In this document: positions 41,211 to 49,337 of the stretch, in pieces
Numbering within the stretch: the stretch's first letter is position 1
Layout of the letters: every line of letters begins with the position of its first letter
Origin: Candidatus Latescibacterota bacterium
Lineage (GTDB): Bacteria; Latescibacterota; UBA2968; GCA-2709665
DNA length: 64,000 nucleotides
Assembly: GCA_965116875.1 (NCBI GenBank)
Contig: OZ220733.1
Location: forward strand, 1,504,001-1,568,000
Direction: 5' to 3'
Position numbers and translations under genes: made by a program
Notes under the pieces: generated by a model
Seen by the model: the letters and a program-made list of their open reading frames with translations, nothing else
What the model was told of the DNA's origin: nothing
Database searches by the model: none

Positions 41211-42002
41211 TTACGTCGCCTCTGAGCGATACGGCCTGATCACGGGCCGAATCTCCCGATCGCCAAGGACGCGAAACCGGCGTTTGCCAGGCCCGGACCG
41301 GTCCAAAACCACGGCCTCAACCGTGGCCGATTCCAGCGCCTCCTTCAGGATCGCCTGCAGATCCGCTTCTTCGGCCGCCCGTTCCAGCTCCGACGCATCC
41401 CGTGGAATCTCGTCCAGGGTTCCCACATACCGTCCCGCCGCCCACGCCTCCAGCGCGGCCTTCAAGGCGTTCCGCAGGCTGAGCCGGTCCGTATCCGGCA
41501 GGCGGCTCCGCATCAACCCGTCCGCTTCCGGAACCTCGCCCACAACGCCTCGGCCTTCGTGCTTCTGAAACGTGCCGTCGTAGTCCACGGTATAAAAGAC
41601 GGCGCCTTCCTCCGATACATCCAGCTCCAGCATCAGGACACGCACGATAAACGGCGACCGGAACACCTCGTCGAACGCCGTCTTGACCGCGGGACCCAGG
41701 CCGAAGTGCACGATCTGCTGCAGGTTCACGTCCTGCTCGGAATAATTGAACCCGATCACCGACGCCAGGTCCACGGCGGACTGCCGCAGCTTTTCGATGT
41801 CGGCCGGGTGCCCGAGCGCCGCCATACCGATGCGGTCGTACACTTCGAAGATTTTCTGTTGTCCCCGACCCAGCGTCAGGAGAAGGGCGCCGTCCCGATA
41901 CGCCAGACCCACAACCGGGCTCCCGCCCCGGAGCTGGTCCTCTATATATTCGCGCCGGTTGGCGACCGCCTCCGCCCATCGATAGGGTTCGTCCAGCATC
42001 AT
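41211..42002 (-). CDS. prcA: proteasome alpha subunit
   Basis: GSPVVG, KIFEVYDRI, VDYDG, VEAVVLDR; follows the beta subunit. Confidence 0.88.
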   Translation of the reverse strand: MMLDEPYRWAEAVANRREYIEDQLRGGSPVVGLAYRDGALLLTLGRGQQKIFEVYDRIGMAALGHPADIEKLRQSAVDLASVIGFNYSEQDVNLQQIVHFGLGPAVKTAFDEVFRSPFIVRVLMLELDVSEEGAVFYTVDYDGTFQKHEGRGVVGEVPEADGLMRSRLPDTDRLSLRNALKAALEAWAAGRYVGTLDEIPRDASELERAAEEADLQAILKEALESATVEAVVLDRSGPGKRRFRVLGDREIRPVIRPYRSEAT

Positions 42003-42817
42003 CCCTCAGCGCCTCCAGGTCCCTCAACCCCGGCAATATACCGCTCGTAGGACGCCCGCAGGTCCTCCTCGGACACGGCGCGGAGTCCGTCGGCCGAGAT
42101 GGTCTTCACCGTGGGCAATACGCCGGTGTCCCGCTCGTACCTCCCGGTGGCGGCATCGTATTCCGCGGCCGTGTGCAACAGGCGCAGGGCCATTCCGAGG
42201 CTCTCGCTCCGGTCCAGTTCCGCAAACGGACGCTCGCCCCACTGGTTATTGTAGAACATCGCGCCCCGGATGGCCGCCGCGCCCGATCCCGTGGTGGAAA
42301 AATCGGCGCTTTCGAACTGCGCGCCCAGCACGTCGTAGAAATAAATCTTGCCGCGGCTGTCCTGCCGGTCGAACGTGGCGAAAATGGGGATCACCGGCCC
42401 GATGCCCTGCATGGCCATGGGCAGGTTGTCGCGGATCAGGAGGGAAAGGCGCCGCAGTTTGGCCGCCAGGCTCATTTCCTGCAACTGCCGTCGCCGGTGA
42501 TATTGAAAGGTGTGTTCGAGGATGCGGGCGATTTCGTACGCCATGGCCGGCGAGCCGGAAATGGCCATTACCGAAAACGCGTCGATATCGATCACCTTGT
42601 CGGCGCGGTCGTAAAGCACGGTGTGACCGGCGGTGGCCCGGCGGTCCCCCGCAATGAGGACGCCATCCCGGTAGCGGAGGGCCAGGATGGTCGTGCCCTC
42701 GGTGGGCTGAAACGGAAGGGACGCCGCGCCGGCCGGCGTGTTTTCCTTCAGGTCGGCGCCGGGCAGCCGGTATCCCTCCGCCTTGAGCAGATCCAGAAAA
42801 TCCCCACCCGCGCCCAT
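41999..42817 (-). CDS. prcB: proteasome beta subunit
   Basis: propeptide then EG-TTILAL (N-terminal Thr nucleophile), AGDRRAT, TGSG, DAATG; ATG 42817. Confidence 0.93.
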   Translation of the reverse strand: MGAGGDFLDLLKAEGYRLPGADLKENTPAGAASLPFQPTEGTTILALRYRDGVLIAGDRRATAGHTVLYDRADKVIDIDAFSVMAISGSPAMAYEIARILEHTFQYHRRRQLQEMSLAAKLRRLSLLIRDNLPMAMQGIGPVIPIFATFDRQDSRGKIYFYDVLGAQFESADFSTTGSGAAAIRGAMFYNNQWGERPFAELDRSESLGMALRLLHTAAEYDAATGRYERDTGVLPTVKTISADGLRAVSEEDLRASYERYIAGVEGPGGAEG

Positions 42818-42821
42818 AGGC

Positions 42822-43013
42822 TTACTCGCCCGTTCGCTGGCGGTAGCGTCGCGCCTGATTCGGGTCCACGCGGCGCATCCGGCGCAGCAAATCGCGGGTA
42901 TCGGGCCGGTCAACGTCCGGACGGGAAGGCCCGTCGTCTCCGTCGTTCGGCCCCCCGTCGGGCGCTTCAGGCCGCCGGGTCCGCCGTTCAAAACCTGCCA
43001 GATCTCTCTTCAT
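42822..43013 (-). CDS. ubact: ubiquitin-like modifier UBact (Pup analogue), 63 aa
   Basis: AAGGAGG RBS; disordered N-terminus, LLRRMRRVDP, C-terminus RYRQRTGE; lies between dop and prcB. Confidence 0.9.
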   Translation of the reverse strand: MKRDLAGFERRTRRPEAPDGGPNDGDDGPSRPDVDRPDTRDLLRRMRRVDPNQARRYRQRTGE

Positions 43014-43078
43014 AGCCACTTCCTCCTTGTGTCCGTTCAGGGGCGCCGGAGCGATCCCCCGAACGGCTGCCATACAGA

Positions 43079-44614
43079 TTACGTGACCCGCGGTCCATCC
43101 TCGAGCGCGTTCAGGAATTCCTCCAGTTCATCCGAGCGATCCAACGCCCTATTATAATACGCGACCTTCTCCCCATCAACCAGATCCTTCATATCCACGG
43201 AACGCTGTTCGCCGTTCCGGAGGAAGACGATCCGGTCCCAGTTGACCGATTTGACGTCGTGGCCGAATTTCTCCAGGCATCGCCCCCGGAACCAGGCGCG
43301 TGTGTCGGCAGGCGGAACGGACATCGCCTCCTCGATCCGTTCGTCGTCAATGAGACGGACCATCTTCCCCTGCTCCTCCAGCAGAAAATACAGCCCGGCC
43401 TCCCTGTCCACGTTGTGGTATTCCAGGTCCTGGCTCTGGAGCCAGGCCAGGTCGTCCGGTTTTTCCCATGAAAGCCCCTCCGCCTCGCGAAAACAGTCCA
43501 GCAGCCACTTCTTGCTGACCCAGTCGCAGACGCCCACCATCGCCATGGGGTCCCGTTCGAGGCCGTCCAGCATCTCCTCCCACGCATTGAGCACCCAGTC
43601 CGTTTCCACGTCCCGGCCGCCGAACCGCTCCCCGGCCAGCGCCAGGTACATCCGCTGCACCTCAACGGCCGGAACCAGGCGGCCGGCCTTGCGGTCCAGC
43701 TCCACCAGCCACTGATAACTCTGGTCGCGCGACACGTCCTTGAGCGCCGCAACCGGGTCCTTCAGGACCACGTCGGGAAGATCGTCCCGTTCAACCAGCG
43801 CGACCACGAGCGCGGTGACGCCAACCTTCAGCGCCGTGACGTACTCGGACATATTCGCGTCGCCAAGGATCACGTGGAGCCTGCGGTACCTGCCGGCGTC
43901 CGCGTGCGGTTCGTCACGCGTGTTGATCAGCGGGCGTTTGTGCATGGTGTCCACGCTGGCGATCACCTCGAAGAATTCGGACCGCTGCGAGAGCTGATAG
44001 ACGGGCGCCCTGTCGCCGCGTTCCACGCCCATCTTGCCCGCGCCCGCGTAAATCTGCCGCGTAACCAGGAAGGGAAGCAGGCCCTTCACGATCCGGTCGA
44101 ACGGCGTCGCGCGGTCCATCAGGAAATTCTCGTGACACCCGTAGCTGTGGCCTTCGAAATCCGTATTGTTCTTGTAGATCCGCACCACGCCCTCGGACAG
44201 CATCTCCGTGCGCCGCCGCGCGCAGATGTCCACGATCCGCTCGCCCGCCCTGTCCTGGGCCACCAGCTCGAAGAGGCTGAGGCACTCGCCCGTGGAATAT
44301 TCCGGATGGGTATGGTCATTGTAAAAGCGGGCGCCGTTGCGGATAATCAGGTCGCTCTTCAACTCCTCGAGCGGCACCTTTCGCTGACGGTCTTTCTGGA
44401 GATGGACCTTCTCGTCCGTATCGTTCAACAGGGATTTCACTTCAAAGCCCCGCACGTCCCTGCGGGGGTTCTCAAGCTGATAGTCCCACAGCGCCGTAAA
44501 CTCACCCGTGAGGTAGCACCGGATCAGCTGCATCGACTCCTCCACCACGTCGATCCTGTCCACCCCGTCGATCGTGATCCCGTACTCCGTTTCAAGGCCG
44601 AAGAGTCGGTTCAT
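43079..44614 (-). CDS. dop: Dop/PafA2 depupylase-deamidase homologue
   Basis: GLETEYGI, NGARFYNDHTHPEYS, SYGCHEN, INTRDEPHAD, RLHVILGDAN. Confidence 0.92.
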   Translation of the reverse strand: MNRLFGLETEYGITIDGVDRIDVVEESMQLIRCYLTGEFTALWDYQLENPRRDVRGFEVKSLLNDTDEKVHLQKDRQRKVPLEELKSDLIIRNGARFYNDHTHPEYSTGECLSLFELVAQDRAGERIVDICARRRTEMLSEGVVRIYKNNTDFEGHSYGCHENFLMDRATPFDRIVKGLLPFLVTRQIYAGAGKMGVERGDRAPVYQLSQRSEFFEVIASVDTMHKRPLINTRDEPHADAGRYRRLHVILGDANMSEYVTALKVGVTALVVALVERDDLPDVVLKDPVAALKDVSRDQSYQWLVELDRKAGRLVPAVEVQRMYLALAGERFGGRDVETDWVLNAWEEMLDGLERDPMAMVGVCDWVSKKWLLDCFREAEGLSWEKPDDLAWLQSQDLEYHNVDREAGLYFLLEEQGKMVRLIDDERIEEAMSVPPADTRAWFRGRCLEKFGHDVKSVNWDRIVFLRNGEQRSVDMKDLVDGEKVAYYNRALDRSDELEEFLNALEDGPRVT

Positions 44615-44661
44615 GGACTGCGCTCAATATCCTGATTTATGACGAAAATCGCGGCTATAAA

Positions 44662-44820
44662 TGGGGGAGAGGGAAGACGGGAGAAGAAATGCGGGGAGAC
44701 GGAAGAGGGTAGACGGTAGAAGAAATCCTTGCCAATATGTTCCCCCGACTCGCCTGCGGCATGAGAAGAAACCTTACACGGCATTCAATCTCTCCCCTCT
44801 CCCGTCTAACGTCTCCCGGC
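44662..44820 (+). repeat. armed element inserted between arc and dop
   Basis: AGACGGG-periodic left arm, GCC-TGC-GGC centre, TCTCCCG-periodic right arm. Confidence 0.8.
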
Positions 44821-44826
44821 TTTTCG

Positions 44827-46548
44827 CTATACAATCCGTTGTCCCCGGCGGCCGGTTTCCCGCCCGGGGCGAATGGGGGAAGCGCGCACGACGTTTTCGG
44901 GATCGTAATCGAGGAGCTTGAGCCAGTCTTCCGTGTTATCGGTGGGCGGGAAGATCTCGTTCTCCGTGTATTCGGTCTCCACCGCCTGGAGCAGATCGTC
45001 CTGGGAGATGCCCTCTTCCTGTCCGGACGCGATGGAGCGGCGGATGGCCATCTCTTTCGCGCGTCTTACGATGGATTCCATGATCGCCCCGCTGGCCAGG
45101 TCCCCCCGGCGGAGGACGTCCTTCCGGCCGCTTCTGAGGGTCACTTCGAGAAATCTCGTATGGTCCCGTTTCGAGAAGATCTCTTCCGCCGTACGCGCGA
45201 CGAGCGTGTCCACGGCCGCGGCGCTGTCCCCGCCGTGTTCCTCCAGCGTCCTGCCGTCGATGGGTAGATTGGGCGTCAGATAGATCTTGAGGATGTCGAG
45301 CGCGCCATAGCGGTCCGGACGCTTCACCTTGATCTTCCGGTCGATCCTTCCCGGCCGCAAAATCGCGGGGTCGATCAGGTCGGGCCGGTTGGACGCCAGT
45401 ATGATCACCACGTCCTGCAGCGACTCGATGCCGTCCATCTCCGAACAGAACATCGGCACGACGGTATTCGAAATGCTGTGCGACCGCATGGCACGGCGCG
45501 TGCCAAGAACGGACTCCGCCTCGTCGATGAATACCACGGGCAGGTACCCCTCCTTGCGCTTTTCCCGCGCCCTGGAGAAGATTTCCCGGATCTGGCGTTC
45601 GGACTCGCCCAGCCACATGTTGAGGATTTCCGGCCCCTTGATGTTCATGAAACATTCCTTCAGGTCCAGACCGGCCTCCTGCTGGGCCTGCTTGACGAGG
45701 TTGTAGGCGGTTGCCTTGCCGATCAGCGTCTTGCCGCAGCCCGGCGGACCGTAGAGCAGAAAGCCCTTGGGAACGCTGTACTGGAACCTGGAGAACAGGT
45801 CCGGATGCAACGCCGGCATTTCGATCGTATCCTGGATGGCCCGGATGGCCTCGTCCTGCCCGCCGATTTTCTCCCAGGGCAGATTCGGAATCTCTTCGAG
45901 GAAGTAGTCTTTCGCCTCTTTTTCGGGCATGCGTTCCAGCGCCACGCGGAAGTTCGGGTCCACGCGAACCTCGTCGCCCGTCTTCAGGGACGCCTGTACG
46001 AGGTCGCTCGATCGCGACAGCACGTTGACCTGGCCGCCCGGTTCCTGTCCGACCCGCAGCCGCCCGTCTTCGAGGACGTCGGATATCTTCGCGACCTGGC
46101 CGGAACTCGTAAAGCCCAGGTCGCCAACGATGGCGAACGCGTCGTTGACGAGCACCCGCGTGCCCACCTTCAACGCCTCCTGTTCCAGGCGCGAATCGAC
46201 GTTGGCGAAGTATTCCGAGCCGCCCACGCTGATGTACGCCACGCCGTCGCGGGGAGATTCCAGGAGCGTACCCACGCGGTTGGCCGGCGCCGTTACCTTC
46301 TCCAGCGCGGCCTCCATCTCCACGATGGTCCGCCTGGCCTCCTCGAACGTGATCTCGTCCTCCTGAAGCTGCCGGCGGAGATGGTAGAGCATTGGACGCC
46401 GTTTGTCCTTTTCGTCCATCGACATCAGGATCTGGTCGATAATGGACAGGGACCGGAACGTGTGCTGCATATCCACGTAGTCCTGCAGAAAGTCATCCGG
46501 CGACTTTCGCTGGCGAGATCCTTCGTTCGGGCCGTTAATGGGACTCAC
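44827..46548 (-). CDS. arc: proteasome AAA+ ATPase (ARC/Mpa)
   Basis: N-terminal coiled coil, OB region, GPPGCGKT, IKGPEIL, VFIDE, DPAILRPGR, ENEIFPPT; start approximate. Confidence 0.93.
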   Translation of the reverse strand: MSPINGPNEGSRQRKSPDDFLQDYVDMQHTFRSLSIIDQILMSMDEKDKRRPMLYHLRRQLQEDEITFEEARRTIVEMEAALEKVTAPANRVGTLLESPRDGVAYISVGGSEYFANVDSRLEQEALKVGTRVLVNDAFAIVGDLGFTSSGQVAKISDVLEDGRLRVGQEPGGQVNVLSRSSDLVQASLKTGDEVRVDPNFRVALERMPEKEAKDYFLEEIPNLPWEKIGGQDEAIRAIQDTIEMPALHPDLFSRFQYSVPKGFLLYGPPGCGKTLIGKATAYNLVKQAQQEAGLDLKECFMNIKGPEILNMWLGESERQIREIFSRAREKRKEGYLPVVFIDEAESVLGTRRAMRSHSISNTVVPMFCSEMDGIESLQDVVIILASNRPDLIDPAILRPGRIDRKIKVKRPDRYGALDILKIYLTPNLPIDGRTLEEHGGDSAAAVDTLVARTAEEIFSKRDHTRFLEVTLRSGRKDVLRRGDLASGAIMESIVRRAKEMAIRRSIASGQEEGISQDDLLQAVETEYTENEIFPPTDNTEDWLKLLDYDPENVVRASPIRPGRETGRRGQRIV

Positions 46549-46574
46549 CTCCGGGATCCAGGGGTTTGCGAACC

Positions 46575-47477
46575 CTAATCGTCCATTTCACGTTTGAAAG
46601 ACAGCTTCATCTTGGCGCCGGCGTTCTCCACTTTGACATTGCCACGGATCACGGTGACGTCCACGTCCTTGAACGACATCTTGATTTCATGCCCGATGAC
46701 GATTCCCCGGTTCACGTCAATGGTCCACTTGCCCTTTCCCTCGCCCGTGCCTTCCACCATGATCGACACCGCGTTGGAGAATACCCACCCCCGGTACCGC
46801 ATCTGCCGGGTCTCGTCTATCAGCGCGACCCGGCGGCCCTTCTTCTTTGCCAGCCGCTTCAGAACGTAGACGCTGTTGATCTCCACCGAGCCTTTGTCCT
46901 GCAGGGCCGCGATGGGAATCTCATGGCGCCGAATTCCGTTCCACGAATCTCCCGATCCGACCTCCCTTTTGGGCAGGACGGGATGGATCTCCGGCACCCA
47001 GAGCTGCTGCAAATCGGTGATCGCGGCTTCGCGGCGCACCTCGTACGGCTTGAAACCGGGTTTGAACCCCGTCACGTCGCCCGTTGCGGTTACGTTCCAC
47101 GAAAACGTCCGGCCGTTGAACATGCCGAGCAGATACGGAAAGTTGGTTTCGCTGATCTGAACGCGGTCCTCCATGACCGTACTTTCGGCATTCCGGACCG
47201 TTGCCGTAACCGTCGCGGCGGTTGCGTCAATCGCGGTGACGGCTTCCCTGCTCTTCCACTTTCCGTAGGTCCGGACGTCAACCGTGCCGGACGTCTTGTC
47301 GTCGTCGATCAGGTCGGCGCGGCCGCTGTAGTATTCCAGCGTCCAGGAATTCTTGTAAAGATTCGATTGCCCTGCTTTATACACGAAATTGAGCGCCACC
47401 TTCTCGCCGTACACCGTGCCCGCGGGAACAGCCAGGGCGAATGGAATTATCAGGCAGAGAAAACGATACCGGACCAT
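46575..47477 (-). CDS. secreted beta-rich hypothetical protein
   Basis: signal peptide MVRYRFLCLIIPFALAVPA; LPKREVGSGDSW motif; ATG 47477 after GGAGGG. Confidence 0.65.
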   Translation of the reverse strand: MVRYRFLCLIIPFALAVPAGTVYGEKVALNFVYKAGQSNLYKNSWTLEYYSGRADLIDDDKTSGTVDVRTYGKWKSREAVTAIDATAATVTATVRNAESTVMEDRVQISETNFPYLLGMFNGRTFSWNVTATGDVTGFKPGFKPYEVRREAAITDLQQLWVPEIHPVLPKREVGSGDSWNGIRRHEIPIAALQDKGSVEINSVYVLKRLAKKKGRRVALIDETRQMRYRGWVFSNAVSIMVEGTGEGKGKWTIDVNRGIVIGHEIKMSFKDVDVTVIRGNVKVENAGAKMKLSFKREMDD

Positions 47478-47570
47478 GGTTCCCTCCGTAGACGATGGTG
47501 GAAAACGGTTTGGATAGAAAATGTAATGGCGACCATGTTGCATAAGTATAGCCCGGTGTTTTTGGAATGT

Positions 47571-49100
47571 CAACCCGTACCGTGATTCGTGTGATTACTA
47601 TGATAAGGGCTGATTAAAACCATGGAGGGACTTTGGGGGAGTGTTTGTGCTCGTTATTATCATACCCCACAATCACGCAAATCACAGGCCAACCCGTACT
47701 GTGATTTGTGTGATTACTATGATAAGAGCTGATTAAAACCACGGAGAGACTTTGGAGGATTGACAATGATTAACGGGATTTGCGGAATGCACCGTCATCG
47801 CGCAACCGACCCCCCGTGATTCGTGTGATTACTATGATAAGAGCTGATTAAAACCAATTCAAAAAACTGCGACGCGACGAGAACACGTGAAACGGGGCGC
47901 AAAGGTCGTACAGGAGGACGTTCTTTCAGTTCACGTCCAGTTGACCTGGTTTGTCCTGTTCATCCGCAGCTGAATCGCCCTTATTCGAATTAACGTACCC
48001 GAAAAAATACGAATCATGGTTAAAACGATGGAGGGACTTTGGGGGATTGACAATGATTAACGGGATTTGCGGGAGGATGGGATGGCGGGGTTGCCCTGGG
48101 CGCGTTGTTTGAAACTCTGGTTGGTAACTCTTTTGAATTCCAGGCTTTTTGCGCCGAAATTGACGAGTAGACCAACCTCCAGATCGTACGCCTCGAGGTA
48201 GTTGATGGCCTGTGCCAGGTGGACGTCCTGTAGTTCGATCACCGCCTTCAATTCAACACAGACGACGCCTTCCACCAGGAAATCGGCCCTTCTCGTGCCT
48301 ATCTGCCTTCCTTTGAAAAAAATGGGCATTTTATGCTCGCGGCTGAAGGAAAACCCTTGACATTCCATTTCGATCTCCAACGCTTTCTGATAAATGAACT
48401 CCTGGAACCCGTTGCCCAGCGCGGAATGCACCGTCATGGCGCAGCCGATGATCTTCGCCGTAAGCGCAGAATGTTTGTGCTCCTCATTAATCATACCCGA
48501 CATTCATGCAAATCACAGGCCAACCCGTACTGTGATTCGTGTGATTATTGTGATAAAAGCTGATTAACCCAAATTCGAAAAGACGGCAACCGGGTGTCGT
48601 GTTAAAACCCTCCGAAACGGGGCGTAAACGTCGTTAGGAAGGACATTTTTCCGTTTACGTCCAGTGACCAGATGTATCCTGGTAATCCGCAGTTGAATCG
48701 CCTTTATTCGAATTAACGTACCCGAAAAAATACGAACCATGGTTAAAACGATGGAGGGACTTTGGGGGAGTGATTGTGCTCGTTATTAATCATACCCAAC
48801 ATTCGGGGAAATCACAGGCCAACCCGTACTGTGATTTGTGTGATTATTATGATAAGAGCTGATTAAAACCAATTCGAAAAGACGGCAACCGGGTGTCGTG
48901 TTAAAACCCTCCGAAACGGGGCGCAAAGGTCGTCCAGGAGGACGTTCTTTCAGTTCACGTCCAAGGGACCTGGTTTGTCCTGTTCATCCGCAGTTGAATC
49001 GCCCTTTTTCGAATTAACGTACCCGAAAAAATACGAGTCATGGTTAAAACGATGGAGGGACTTTGGAGGAATGACAATGATTAACGGGATCTGCGGGGAT
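47571..49100. repeat. five-unit modular tandem repeat array containing the GxxExxY gene
   Basis: anchor GTGATTYGTGTGATTAYTRTGATAA starts at 47582, 47701, 47816, 48532, 48831; ~180-bp module at 47856, 48571, 48871; GGACTTTGGRGGA-like module five times. Confidence 0.92.
48057..48494 (-). CDS. GxxExxY family PD-(D/E)XK nuclease
   Basis: GFQEFIY motif, ADFLV, VELKA, QAINYL, GLLVNFG; start 48494 or 48503. Confidence 0.92.
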   Translation of the reverse strand: MINEEHKHSALTAKIIGCAMTVHSALGNGFQEFIYQKALEIEMECQGFSFSREHKMPIFFKGRQIGTRRADFLVEGVVCVELKAVIELQDVHLAQAINYLEAYDLEVGLLVNFGAKSLEFKRVTNQSFKQRAQGNPAIPSSRKSR

Positions 49101-49337
49101 TTAGAAGATTTCCTGCTATGACTGAACAATATTACTTGACAACAACGCGTCATTTGCCGGTATTCGGGGTACCGCAGCAACATGCTTTCGCATTTTGTGC
49201 CATTTCCGGTTTCGGGTTTCCGATTCCGATCGCGTTTCTCAGGTATAGAATGCGGCTGCATCGGCACCCGTCAGCCTCACGTCCATAGCCGTTTCAGGCG
49301 ACCTTTGTACCGTCCGGATCATGAAAAGGGCCGAAAG

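Noticed and set aside
48858-48920. Hammerhead ribozyme (CTGA...GAAAC)
   Set aside because: The core reads CTGATTA rather than CUGANGA and I could not build the three required stems.
47848-49051. Integron attC cassettes
   Set aside because: GTTAAAA does not fit GTTRRRY, no matching RYYYAAC/GTTRRRY pair was found, and no integrase is in the window.
47571-49100. CRISPR array
   Set aside because: Spacings are very unequal (115-716 bp), the intervening segments are homologous to each other and to the nuclease gene, and no cas genes are present.
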